Shown here piece after piece: positions 1 to 11,338 of a stretch of 64,000 bases of DNA (within the stretch, counting starts at the first letter, position 1; every line of letters begins with the position of its first letter). The DNA is from Paragordius varius (Eukaryota; Animalia; Nematomorpha), in NCBI GenBank assembly GCA_964247055.1, contig OZ176051.1:8866001-8930000 (forward strand). The letters are read 5' to 3'. The notes under the pieces were generated by a model. That model was not told the origin of the DNA. It saw only the letters and a program-made list of their open reading frames with translations, and did not search any database. The position numbers were made by a program, and so were the translations under genes.

Positions 1-1397
1 TTTGAATGACATTATAGCAATAATTAATTTTTTGTTTTATCTTTTTTAGACATTCACTGCCATCTTAACAAAATTTTAGTTTTCATTAATTGGTTTAAAA
101 AATACATCAATTAAGAAAAAGGCTCTCGCTTCGCGGGTTTGTCGCTTCCTATGTCCAATATTAACCATCTGTGTAAAACATATTAGTAGGCATTTTATAA
201 TTTTTTATTACTCTTTCGAATATTATATAACAAATGGTCATTTTTTGTATATTTTTATTTCATATTTATTGTTAAAATGATATAAAAATCATAGTGGCAG
301 AAATTTTTTTGTCTTTATCATTATTTATTAAATTCTTTTTTTGTAATAAGTCAAGATTGATGAAATTAACATAAATATAGTACTTTTAATTATTATATGA
401 TTAGCATTTATTTAATTCTTGTAGATGTTTAAAATGGAAAATATATGGCAAACTTGACTTTACAGAGATTCGCGTGGAATAAGGTACTGTTTTTGATAGG
501 TTAAAAAAATATACCGGTCTGAATCCATTTATATTCAGTCATTAGCGGACACGTATAAATGATGGCCAAAATTAAACTTATTTAACAAAAATGGTAACCC
601 AATAGCTCATTTGAGTGATTTAAAATCAAATAATTGGAAAATTTATTATATTTTCTTACAATTTTTTATCCTTATAAGTTTTATATAATTATTTTAATTA
701 TTTTACATCGCATGCATACATATTTTTTAAAGATTGTCCTTTTACATGCAAGTATTTAAAGCAAGCCAAATCTACTAGCCAAGTCTCATGCCTTTATTAT
801 AACTAAAATTATACTTAAATATAAATAACCATTTTTTGTTTAATATTCAATTATCATTGAATGACATTTATATTATTTGATAATGATATATTTTACGCAT
901 TACCTTCGTTATTTTAAATCCGAATCGTTGAGTTTTGCGCCAAAAAATTAGATAAAATATTGGCAAAAACAGCATTTTCGTTAATTTTTTCAGTATGACT
1001 CACTGAATTTTCTTAATAATTTTGCAAAAAAATATTGATTTTAATTACGATATGTTCTCATTCCAAATAAAATACTAAATTAAACGATAATGTGATTAAC
1101 TTTTATTGCAAAAAAGGTTATAATCATGAATGAGTAAAAGTATAAAAGGGCAAACATTTATCTATGTTGATTTTATATAAAATATATCTTTATTATGCAA
1201 TTGATAGATATTCCTAAACTTCTAGCGGTAATACTTTTTATATAGTGAACTTTTTAGACAATTCATGTTTCCTTTAATCATTCATTCTTTTCGACACGAT
1301 GTGTTGATGAGTTTTTAACCACGATTGGGCTTTTTTATGACAGCACACATGGTTAAAATTAATTAATATTCTTTTTTAAATATTACTATAGGATGAG

Positions 1398-1404
1398 TAT
1401 AAAT
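1398..1404 (+). promoter_or_regulatory. Candidate TATA box of peptide gene copy 1
   Basis: TATAAAT conserved at the equivalent position upstream of both paralogues (copy 2: 5692-5698). Function is inferred only. Confidence 0.35.
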
Positions 1405-1453
1405 ACATTGCTAGTTTTGCTTAAAATATATCCAGATAGTAATTTACAATTAA

Positions 1454-1969
1454 CACTTGGATACAACACATTCATTTTAGTCCTTCGATTCAAATTGGAG
1501 TAGTTGGACACCACAGGCCTGTTTAAATCTAAATATTTTTAAAAATATGGAAAAAAACGAAACCATGGCAAAATTTTGCACTTATTTAACATTTATAAAC
1601 CGGAAAATATAAAAAAATTTATTCAAAAATACTTGATATTACTTATTTTAGGGTAAAACCCAAAGGTAAAATTTTTATCCACGTGACATGTGTGCATTGG
1701 CTTAATTGAAAAATACTACAAAATAATACACTTTTTCTATTTCTATCAATGCTATATGTGATTAAAATAAATAATTTGCTTAAATTATACCTTTAAAAAT
1801 AAATATAAAACTTTTTTTTCAAAACGAAGTTTAATTTAGATTTTAGCTTATTTATATAAATAGGACAGAAGCATATTTAAATTGGCACCGTTTCCTTCTG
1901 TAGTTTTTTAAAAATATTTAATTAAATTTAGTCTGGGGTATATTATATACCCCAATTTAAATCTAAATG
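1454..1969. mobile_element. TTAA-flanked (piggyBac-like) MITE
   Basis: TTAA at 1450-1453 and 1970-1973. Ends are cacttggat... and ...atctaaatg. It is absent from the paralogous copy-2 region, and a second family member lies at 36412-36891. Confidence 0.65.
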
Positions 1970-2063
1970 TTAAGGGCAGTGACATTATTATAGAAAAAAA
2001 ACCAATAAAAGTGAAAATAAAACATTTTCTTTGCACCAACTTTTACAGCCATGATATCACTAG

Positions 2064-2097
<34 letters not shown>

Positions 2098-2282
2098 TTT
2101 TACTGTGTATGTTTATAAAAACATTCAACCATTTTAAAAAATTCGTTTTTTGGAATATGGTCCTTGCCTTTTTTAATTTGGCATTCATTTTTATCATAAT
2201 TATTGAATTAAAATTTGTTTTAATAAAAAAGAAGGCAATATAAAAAAAATCATTTATAAAGCACCTATATAATTATATTCGA

Positions 2283-2313
<31 letters not shown>

Positions 2314-2405
2314 AGGTGTCAATTTTACTGAATGTATCCCCTTACATAATCAATGAATCATGATTTCAATGTTATTAATATAAAAATGGAATTTATTTTT
2401 TCTAG

Positions 2406-2624
2406 ATTGTCAATGTGTTAGTGTTTGCTGTCCTATGGAATCAAAATGGGGCTTCTTCAGAAGTTTTGTCGGTCGGAGCGGAATTGGACAATAACCTGGA
2501 AAAGATTAATTTTGTGAACTCAAAAAAAATAATTCGCCAAAAACGATTCGATAATAATCGACCCAAGAGAGACAGTTCAAGAGATCGACGCTCCAATAGA
2601 GATAGATCACGTCATCGCTCATAA
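2406..2624 (+). CDS. Secreted prepro-peptide, copy 1 (terminal coding exon; start-codon exon unresolved)
   Basis: Acceptor ttttttctAG at 2404-2405 (also an in-frame TAG, so splicing is required). The exon reads IVNVLVFAVLWNQNGASS (signal-like), EVLSVGAELDNNLEKINFVNSKKII (pro), RQKR, then FDNNRPKRDSSRDRRSNRDRSRHRS*. AATAAA follows near 2655. Clear paralogue at 6673-6924. Confidence 0.75.
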   Translation: MVNVLVFAVLWNQNGASSEVLSVGAELDNNLEKINFVNSKKIIRQKRFDNNRPKRDSSRDRRSNRDRSRHRS

Positions 2625-3724
2625 AACTCTAATAATACTAATATTACTAAAAAAAATAAATGATGCAAACGAATTTTCATAAAAATAATAAATTATTTAT
2701 CTAATTAAATGTTTTTAGTTAAGCCAACTGCAAAGGGCTCATTTAGTTTATGAAACATAAGGAGTTGTTAAGTTAAAAAATTATATTTGCATTAAATCAA
2801 ATAATGGCAGAATCCGCGCACATTATTTTAAGATAATTAATTTTAAGAAACGTATTTAGGATTTGTAAATATATTTCAAATTATTGGTTCTTTTCATAAT
2901 CATTGGTCTTTTAATTTAATTATTTTGATTGTTATCCTGGCCGAAAATAATAAATAATTGTTCAATTTTAAGAAAATATGCATAATATATCGAGATTTGA
3001 CAATATTTAAAATGATTACTGTATAGTATTTGAAGCTCTATCAAACAAGTCTGAATATTGTTAAAAGAGCATTTATTCATGGATCAATGAGACATTTATT
3101 AATCAACAAACAGTAAGTATTTAAAATTATGACCTATGTTTGATAAGGAAGATAATTAATTTTTTATGAATCCTAGATATCTTTATTATATTGAAAAAAT
3201 GTTTCCAAATTTTCAAACTCAATACAAATTCAGGTACACAATGCATTCCCCCCCCCCCAAAAAAAAAATACAACCACTAAATTACAAAGATTTAAATATG
3301 ATAAAACTTTGCTATATAGTGCAATTTATTATTACCGAAAGGATTATCTATCAATTGCATGGAAAAAATTATATCAAATAAAATAAACATATAAATATTT
3401 GTCTTTTTTTAACCTTTTTGTCATAAAAGTTAATCATGTATTTGATAAAAAATATGATCATTGGAAACATTTTCAAAACTATTGGATAAATCCTTTGAGT
3501 GTCCCTGAAAACAAATTAACCAAAAGGCTGTTTTTACCAACATTATATCTAATAATATATATATATTCTCAGGGTAAAAAATTTAAAATAATATGGGAAA
3601 ATCATTTAAAAGAGATTTGATGTGTCAGTTTAATGATAAATAATAAATTTTTTTTTATTTAATGATGTCAAAAATTGTAGTTTAATATACACAGCGGAAT
3701 TTCTCGCAGGGTTGGGATCTCCCT

Positions 3725-4210
3725 TATATGAATGTAATCATGTGCGTGGCATGGCAGCTTATAAGAGAAACTATTTGAACATAATGTTCGCGATAAAATA
3801 CAAAAGGATTAACATTTTATTTTATTAATTTAGGGTACGCGATAATCTTAGAGGTAGTATTCGAATTATTCCATCTATAAAAACTGAGCCTAATTCTTCT
3901 TCAATTTTTGTAAAGGCGCTGTAATGATTTTTTTCTTGGATAAACTCACAATTTTGCCAAATAGTGTACTGGTTAATTTTTAGACTTGTTAACTTGTTAA
4001 TCATTAAATGAAGTATAATATATTACTTAAAATATTTCAAGTGTTAAACTCATATGGTAAAATAGCCTTTTATAAACTTTTAGAATATTTTACCTTATAT
4101 TTAAATTAAATAATATTATTTTAATTATTTTATATTACGCGAACATATGTTTAAAAAATTGTTCCTTTTACAAGCTGTCATGTCGCGTACATATTTACAT
4201 TAATAGGAAT
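3725..4210. repeat. Degenerate inverted repeat (about 110-bp arms), MITE-like
   Basis: atgtaatcatgtgcgtggcatggcagcttataag...aacataatgttcgcg (about 3731-3792) mirrors cgcgaacatatgtt...tacaagctgtcatgtcgcgtacatatttacat (about 4138-4200). Confidence 0.6.
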
Positions 4211-4960
4211 ATAAACCTAGTCCTACTATCTTTTTGTCATCATCTAATAATTGAAATTTTTTTTAATTTTCAATTATCATTGAATGACATAAATCTCATT
4301 TAATTCCAATTTTTAAAATGATATTTTATACCTCATTAATAACATAATTTTGTAATCCGATATTTTTATAACCCAAAATTGGATACAATATTGGCCAAAA
4401 CACCATTTATGTTAATTTGTCCTGAGGGTAACTCACAGTTCCAATAATTTTTGGAGATTAAATACAAAAAGATACTGATTTTAAAGTAGTAATATTTTTT
4501 ATGCCAAACAAAATATTATTTAAAAAGACATTATAATTAACTTTTATGGCACAAAAGGTTATTGTCATAAATTAAAGGTATAAAAGGGCAATTATTCATT
4601 TATGTTGATTTTATTTGAGATACTTTATCATGAAATTGATAGACATTCCTAAACTTATTGCAGTAAATTTTTTATCCATTGAACTTTATAAATAATACAC
4701 AATTACCTTTTCCTTTAATCCCAAATAAGTTTTAATGGTGCAATAATCTTTTGACGACCCCGAAACATATTATTATACAATTTACAAATGCTTAAATATG
4801 TATTTGAAGATGTGGGTTATTAATGAATTATAATTAAAAATTTAAAGTCCAAACTCGTTTCGAATATTTTTGTTATTTGCAGGTACAAACATGCGTTAAA
4901 GATTTATTTAATATTTCATATATAATATTTTATAAAAATAATTATTAGATGAGTATAAAT

Positions 4961-5690
4961 CAGGGCTTGGAACCGGTTCAAAAAAAGTGAAACCGGAACT
5001 GGGTTGGTTCCTGAACAAATGAGACCGGAACCGGGTTAGTTACTTAAAAATTTAGCGGTTCCGGAACCGGTACTTTACATTTAGAACCGGTTCCATTTCG
5101 CTTCCTGACTTTAGATTAAAAGATTTTCTTTCAAAATTATTATAATATTAATTCAAACAAAATATTAACAAATATAAATCAAACAATTGATCATAAATTT
5201 CCAAATGTATAGTGAAAAAATTTAGTGTAGCATAAAAAATGAAACAAATTATAAAAATCTATAGGTATAAATGAGTGTTAAATGAAGTATGTCATCTATA
5301 AAAATCTTTATTTAACTTTAAAAAATTTTTTCACCAAGCAATTTGCTGGTCAAACTGCTTCTCCGGTCAGAAAATAAATTAAGGGTTAAAAATCTCCTTT
5401 CAACGGAGAACATATACTAGCATGTGTTATAAATAAACTTGAGTTATGACTATTAGTTTTTCAAAAACAGCCGAATCGCCCAAAATTCAGAGAGTATCGC
5501 TAATATAGGCGCTTGGTTTTAGGTTTGAAGTATTTATAGTGGTACAATCAAATTTAAATAATAAAATAAAATTTTATAATAAAATGGGAACCAGTATTTA
5601 AGGGGGTAGAACCGGAACCGCGTTGGTTCCATCCCAATGGAACCTGTTCTTGTTTAAATTCTAGGAACCGGGTTCCGGTTCCAACTCCTG
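4961..5690. mobile_element. hAT-type MITE (730 bp)
   Basis: Perfect 8-bp TSD GTATAAAT (4953-4960 / 5691-5698). TIRs cagggcttggaaccgg / ccggttccaactcctg, with subterminal GGAACCGG motifs. The empty site is visible in the paralogue at 1397-1404. Confidence 0.92.
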
Positions 5691-6672
5691 GTATAAATAC
5701 ATAGCTCGTCTTTTATTAAATATTGGCAGAAAGCATTTACATTTAAGTATGTAATTATTTTGGTATTAAAGGAGAAAAATTAAAAAATACATTAATTTCC
5801 ATGCACCAACCTTTTAAGCTAAAAATATGGCTTTCAAGTAATGTTTATTTACTTTGTACATTATATTAATAACATTCGATTGTTTTTCAACATTCGTTTT
5901 TTGGGGAATAACCTTGACTGTTATTTTTTAAAGTGTGCTAATTTCATTTTTCTAACAGCTCATGACCTTTTGGAGTTTTATATCCCAGAGCGATTTTGAA
6001 TTTAAATGTCTTAAAAGTATTAAGTATTGGGTTGAATTAAAAAATATGCTTTCACCGAATAGTACAAAATTATTTTCAAAAAAATAATCCCATCTCAAAT
6101 ACTTCCCTGCCATTTCTTTCTTTTAATTTTAAATCCTAAAATCAACAGGCAATGTATATTATGGTTAGAAAATGTAAATAATTAACTTTATAAAATTTTA
6201 TATTGCTTTACCAAAATAAACTTAATATTTATTGATTTTAAAATCAGCTGTTTAGATCATTCATATTTTAGAGCTATCCCAATTTTGGATTCTAGAAGTT
6301 AAACTGGAGAAAATAAAAACTTTTTTAATACAGGAGAACAATTATTGATAATTAATTTTTAACCAAAATAACCTTCACAAGTTTATTTACAAAATTGAGC
6401 TCTGAGATATTAAACTGCCCCAATATATCATCGCGGACAAAAAAGTGAAAAGGTCATTAAATGTTAATTATAAATAGTGAATACTTGGTTATTAGCAAAG
6501 ATAATTTGTTACTGAAATGCTTTCCCATCTTTTTCACAAAAAGCGATTTGTATGCTTATTATTTAATTTATAATATTTATGTAATTTATACGAATGCATA
6601 TCATATTATATATTCACAATTGATCATTATTTTCATGCCCTCATAATCAAAAATAAATTATTTTTTCTTTAG

Positions 6673-6924
6673 ATCGTTAATTTGTTACTGTTTGCTGTCC
6701 TATGGAATCAAAATGGAGCTTCTTCAGAAGTTTTGTCGGTCGGAGCTGAATTAGAAAACAAAAACCTGGAAAAGATGAATTATGTCAACTCAAAAAAATT
6801 AATTCGCCAAAAACGAGACTATCATTATCGAAGGAGATACCATTCACATTATCGTCGCTCCCATTATCGAGGTTCCCATAGATATGGACGCTCCCATAGA
6901 TATAGATCGGGTTATTACAAATAA
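6673..6924 (+). CDS. Secreted prepro-peptide, copy 2 (terminal coding exon) with Arg/Tyr/His-rich mature peptide
   Basis: Acceptor ttttctttAG at 6671-6672. The exon reads IVNLLLFAVLWNQNGASSEVLSVGAELENKNLEKMNYVNSKKLIRQKR then DYHYRRRYHSHYRRSHYRGSHRYGRSHRYRSGYYK*. A candidate phase-0 upstream exon at 5841-5855 (ATG TTT ATT TAC TTT | GT; MFIYF) would complete the signal peptide but is unconfirmed. Confidence 0.78.
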   Translation: MVNLLLFAVLWNQNGASSEVLSVGAELENKNLEKMNYVNSKKLIRQKRDYHYRRRYHSHYRRSHYRGSHRYGRSHRYRSGYYK

Positions 6925-7038
6925 ACCATTCCAATATATATATATATATATATATATAACAAAAAAATATTCAAACAAAATAAATACTATTCAATGATTT
7001 ATATTAATTTTTTATGTAATACAACTAAAGGTCTATCT

Positions 7039-9392
7039 CAGTGGTATTCACCAAAAATTTGACGGGCGTAATAAAATATAATTTTTTTTCGAGGGCCATG
7101 AACCCTATAATGGCAAATCCATAGCTATTTGACACATATGCACATATTTATACTCTATATCAGCACAATGAATTTTTTGCGGATCGCATGCAAATCCAGC
7201 TATAAACTCGTTGTGCACCATTTAGTTTAAAATATTTTGATAACATTTATTTTGATATTAACCAATAATTTTCGACAAATTTGGTTTCATCGGTTAAGCG
7301 ATTTCTGTTTGTACTCTTGACGTACTTCATTTTTGAATATGCCGTTCTCACTTGCGTTAGTTGAGGGAAAAACAGTTAAGATAACTTGCGCAGATATTTT
7401 TATATTTTAATTATTTGACACATCTTGCCAAAACTCTACATAACTTTCTTCTTTACGATTCTCCTTAAATAAAGCCTAAATTGGAATAATTCTTAAAATC
7501 TACGAATTCTTCAATGATATGCGCCTTATCAAAACCGAAAAGCTCAAGTTGCTTAATATTGGATATATCCATATGCCATGGATTTTCAACGAATTTAAGA
7601 AATTTTAATAATTCTTATTTCTTGAAATCTAAATTTCATCTTATTGGATAAAAATGTTTTGTATTATTAAATTAATCTCCGCAGTAAATTCCACATCCTC
7701 ATGAATCGTTTTAAGTGTTGGAAAATATATGTTTAATTAAAAAATCTTGTTTATATATTAATTTTCATCAAAAGCAAATATTTGATTAGCAAATTGAATT
7801 ATTATTTTGCTTCCTTGAAGACTTGTATTAAAACTAAGCAATGTCGCATAGGTAGGCATAAAACCCACCACTTGTCACTATTAATTTCCTCGTAAACTTT
7901 CTGTTATCTTTTTTAAATAATAGGATTTCATGTTTTCAAACAAAAAATCTATCTAATACTTTGCTAAGGCTTAGTCAGCTCACAGCGGTGTACAAAAGAA
8001 TATCATCAAACTCACTGTGGATATCTTTTAGAAGGTTTTTGAATTTACGGCGGTTGAATTCTAAGCCACGGATGTGGTTAACTATATCCACAACCGTTTT
8101 AATTACTGAATTGAGGGATTCATCTGTATACGCAAAACCTGTTGATGAATAAAGCAGTTAAAGGATAAAATATTTTGCAAATTATATTTGTTTTCGAAAG
8201 AGGATTAAATCCTTTATCTATTCCAATCATAGAGGACAGCCATCTGTATAGAAAACCATTTTTTCAAAGATATACCATTACTATCGAAAAATGTGCTAAT
8301 TATTTCGAGAAAATCCCTTCTTTTCGTGGTATTTTCATTGAAAATTTTAAATATTTCTCGTTAATTAACGTTATAAAATCTCATGAAGAGGGCACATTGA
8401 GGTTTTGAACTATCAGTGCTAGAATCAAAAGCAATACTAAAATATTTGCAGTTTTTCAGAGCCAATGTATTAAAAATATATTGAGACATATCTTCAACGC
8501 GTCGAGCACATGTTGAATCAGAAAGTTGAAGAATTTGCCTCATAATTTGATCTTTATTATGGAACTTATCAAATAAAAAAAGTGCAACCATTTATTAGAC
8601 TTTTTTATTAATTGGGAATCAGCAAACGGTTTCATATTTTTTCCTGAATATAGAAAATTTTATACGAAGCTAATGTTACAACTTTTTCCTGGGGAAAGCT
8701 ATCGACATAGATTTTTTTTCTGGCGTAACTTAATCTTTTTATATTTTTCGTTTCTTTCCTCATGAATTTCTGGTAGTTTGTAAGATTGGTGGGTTGTAAA
8801 ATGTCTTTCAATTTGTTTTTTGTATAATTGTGTTGTTACATATAATCCAGGACATTTTTATTTAAAACAACATAGAATTTTTCACATTCTTTTTTAAGGA
8901 GCGATTTTCGTGGGAAAATTTACGTTTTTTAGCATTTGTCCTTTGAATTTATGTTTAAATATTATGTAAACTTTTTCAAAAAAATAGGATAATTTGAATT
9001 ATGCTATAAAAAACAGGTCGAAATATAATGATGTTTATTTGAAAAATATTTTATGGGAATGAGTTATATAAAATGATGCAGGATAGCAATCAAAGGTATA
9101 TGTATATGCAAGTTTGGGTGAAAGATTTGCTTAAATACAAAAATGGAAGGCAATAAAAATTTCAAAATAGAAAATAAAATAGAATACAGAAACAACGTGT
9201 GCCAAAATTTTGAAATCATTTTAAAGGAGGGAAATTTTACATTTCAAGTTGAGTAAAAAAATAAAAATTACTAAAATTAAATAAGAAAATAAATTAATAT
9301 TAAAATAAGCGAAAATTCGTTTATGTGTATTTTAAAAAATTCATCCATTAAAAAAATATTTTAAATATCAATATGGTCATAAGGATAAAGTG
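7039..9392 (-). mobile_element. Defective hAT (Buster/SPIN-like) transposon
   Basis: GTCTATCT 8-bp TSD (7031-7038 / 9393-9400) and end cagtggtattc. Frameshifted transposase fragments on the minus strand include IAFDSSTDSS (ORF 8361-8591) and HSEFDDILLYTAV. It is homologous along its length to 33526-35647, and the opposite TIR is largely deleted. Confidence 0.85.
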
Positions 9393-10024
9393 GTCTATCT
9401 AGTTAGTCATAGGAAACCAATAATTATTAACGAAAGTTTATAATGAATGAAATATGATGATTCGCCTGGTATTTTTAAAAAGATGCTCCAATGTTTGCAT
9501 ATTAGCCTAAATCAAATAATCTCGAATCGGCGCGCATCATTTTAAAAATTATTTTGTAATTAATTATATTTTGAGGATATACATAAAATTATATTGGTTT
9601 TTATCTTAATTTTTTATATGGGTCTTTAATTTGAAATTAAATATCCTACTGTTTGTTTAATTTAGGCCACTTAGCAGGCTAAAAATTGCTATATTTTACG
9701 AAAAAATGCGTATTTAAATGAGATTTAGCAATATTTTAAGAAGTAACTTATTGTACATTCGAAAATTAAACATATTGATTAACTCGTAATCATTAATGGC
9801 TATTAAATCATCTAGCAAAATATTTCGCAATGATAAAAATAGTTTTTTGACGTATAAAGTTATGAATTTAAGTTTCATTAAGGCAATTGTAATCGATTAA
9901 TTAATGGATGATAACTTCAGAAGCATTGAATAATATTGAAAAGGTGTTTTTATTTCATTCAAACTCATATTTAAAAACTTCACAGGTATAACGCATTATA
10001 TAAGACATAACACAAAAATATAAC

Positions 10025-10961
10025 CAGAGTTTCGGAACCGGGTTCTTAAAATAGCAGGAACCGGTCCGTTTAGTAAGACAGCCCGGTTTTAGTTTCAATT
10101 TTCGCCAAGAACCGCCGCGGAAATAAAATTTATTGTTTGAATTATTATTCAAGGATCGGCCACCATATTTTAACAATTTGTTGTTTGATTTTTATTTTTC
10201 CAAAATATTCATCATGTAATAACATTTTTTTATCATATTCGATTGAAATTGAATAACCATGTTGAGAATTTTTTCTTTCAGCATTTAGAGAGAACAACAG
10301 ATCTAAGCATTATCACTTTATTCTTTAGGGTAACAAACATTTGCTTTATTAATTAATGAAATAATTTGGTAAAAACCATAAACTATATATTGGAGTCTCA
10401 TAGCTTAGGAAAAGGAAAAATACGATAAATTTATTATTATGCCTTCGTATATTTTTTACTTTTAATAATTTTCGAAAATCTTTTTTTTAAATATTTTTCC
10501 AATCCCTATGTTATAACAAAACTATAAATTATAGCGTCTATAGACAAATACCTATAACGGTAAAAATGAGCCCCTACATATAATTTGTACTATAACCGCG
10601 GCCCATCTGGGTAAGACTTACTGTTTTTTATTTGGCCATTTAAGGTAATAACGATTTCCTCCATTGCAATAGTTAACACAAATGCACTTAATAACAATCT
10701 TCTTTGTGCTTAACACTTTGCGATTTAATTATGATGACTTATTTTTTGTCCAATTGTTAATTTATATTATTATATTTAATTATATATATATATATATATC
10801 ATTTAATAAAAAGTCAGAAATTAAAAAGAACCGGTTCCAAAAAAGCGGTTTAAGAACCGTTAAATTAAAAACTACCTGGTTTCTGAAATATTTAGGCCTC
10901 ATTCGGAGTTTTAATATGCCCCGGTACCGGTTCCACTTTTTAGTACCGGTTTTAAGTTCCG
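10025..10961. mobile_element. Degenerate hAT-type MITE related to 4961-5690
   Basis: Starts cagagtttcggaaccggg, with clusters of GGAACCGG/CCGGTTCC at both ends. No clean TSD. Confidence 0.5.
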
Positions 10962-11338
10962 ATATAAACCTTTAACTAGATATATGATAATGGGTAGTTA
11001 AATTCGAAATACTGCGTTATTTAGCTGGGACTGTTTTTTAAGGACTATTACAATACAATAATGAGCATTTTTTAGGAACCACACTAAATTCTTTTACTTT
11101 ATATTATTAATAATAAAGTACAAAAAATGACAATCAAACATAATTTTTAAAATATTGATTTAATTAATAATTATTAAATTACAAGAAGTGCACGGTACAT
11201 TACTTGTATTTTACTGTTTCATAACCATTAATTAATTTAATGATAATCTAAACATTATATATTTATTAATAGTTCTTATCTAATCTTCAATCTTGTGTTC
11301 ATGGCTCTTAACAATAAACTACAAATCATTAGTTAAAT

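Larger units (their letters stand above)
840..7000 (+). repeat. Tandem segmental duplication (about 840-2700 vs about 4265-7000) carrying the two peptide genes
   Basis: Collinear non-coding similarity, e.g. caattatcattgaatgacat (about 848 / 4271), aaaggtataaaagggcaa-like (about 1137 / 4575), attgataga.attcctaaactt (about 1200 / 4636), gatgagtataaat (1392 / 4948), tgcaccaac (about 2032 / 5802), plus the coding exons. Confidence 0.8.

Noticed and set aside
426-483. Possible terminal exon (CLKWKIYGKLDFTEIRVE*) of a gene entering from the left
   Set aside because: It is too short and unrecognised to support without upstream sequence or transcripts.
2051-2106. ATG exon for peptide copy 1 (MISLAIYIYI...)
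   Set aside because: It spans a (TA)n tract, and the best donor (GTATGT at 2107) is out of phase with the 2406 acceptor. It cannot be resolved without cDNA.
3027-3112. Exon-like segment (AG...GTAAGT, open frame YLKLYQTSLNIVKRAF...)
   Set aside because: No partner exons or homology could be recognised, and such signals arise by chance in AT-rich DNA.
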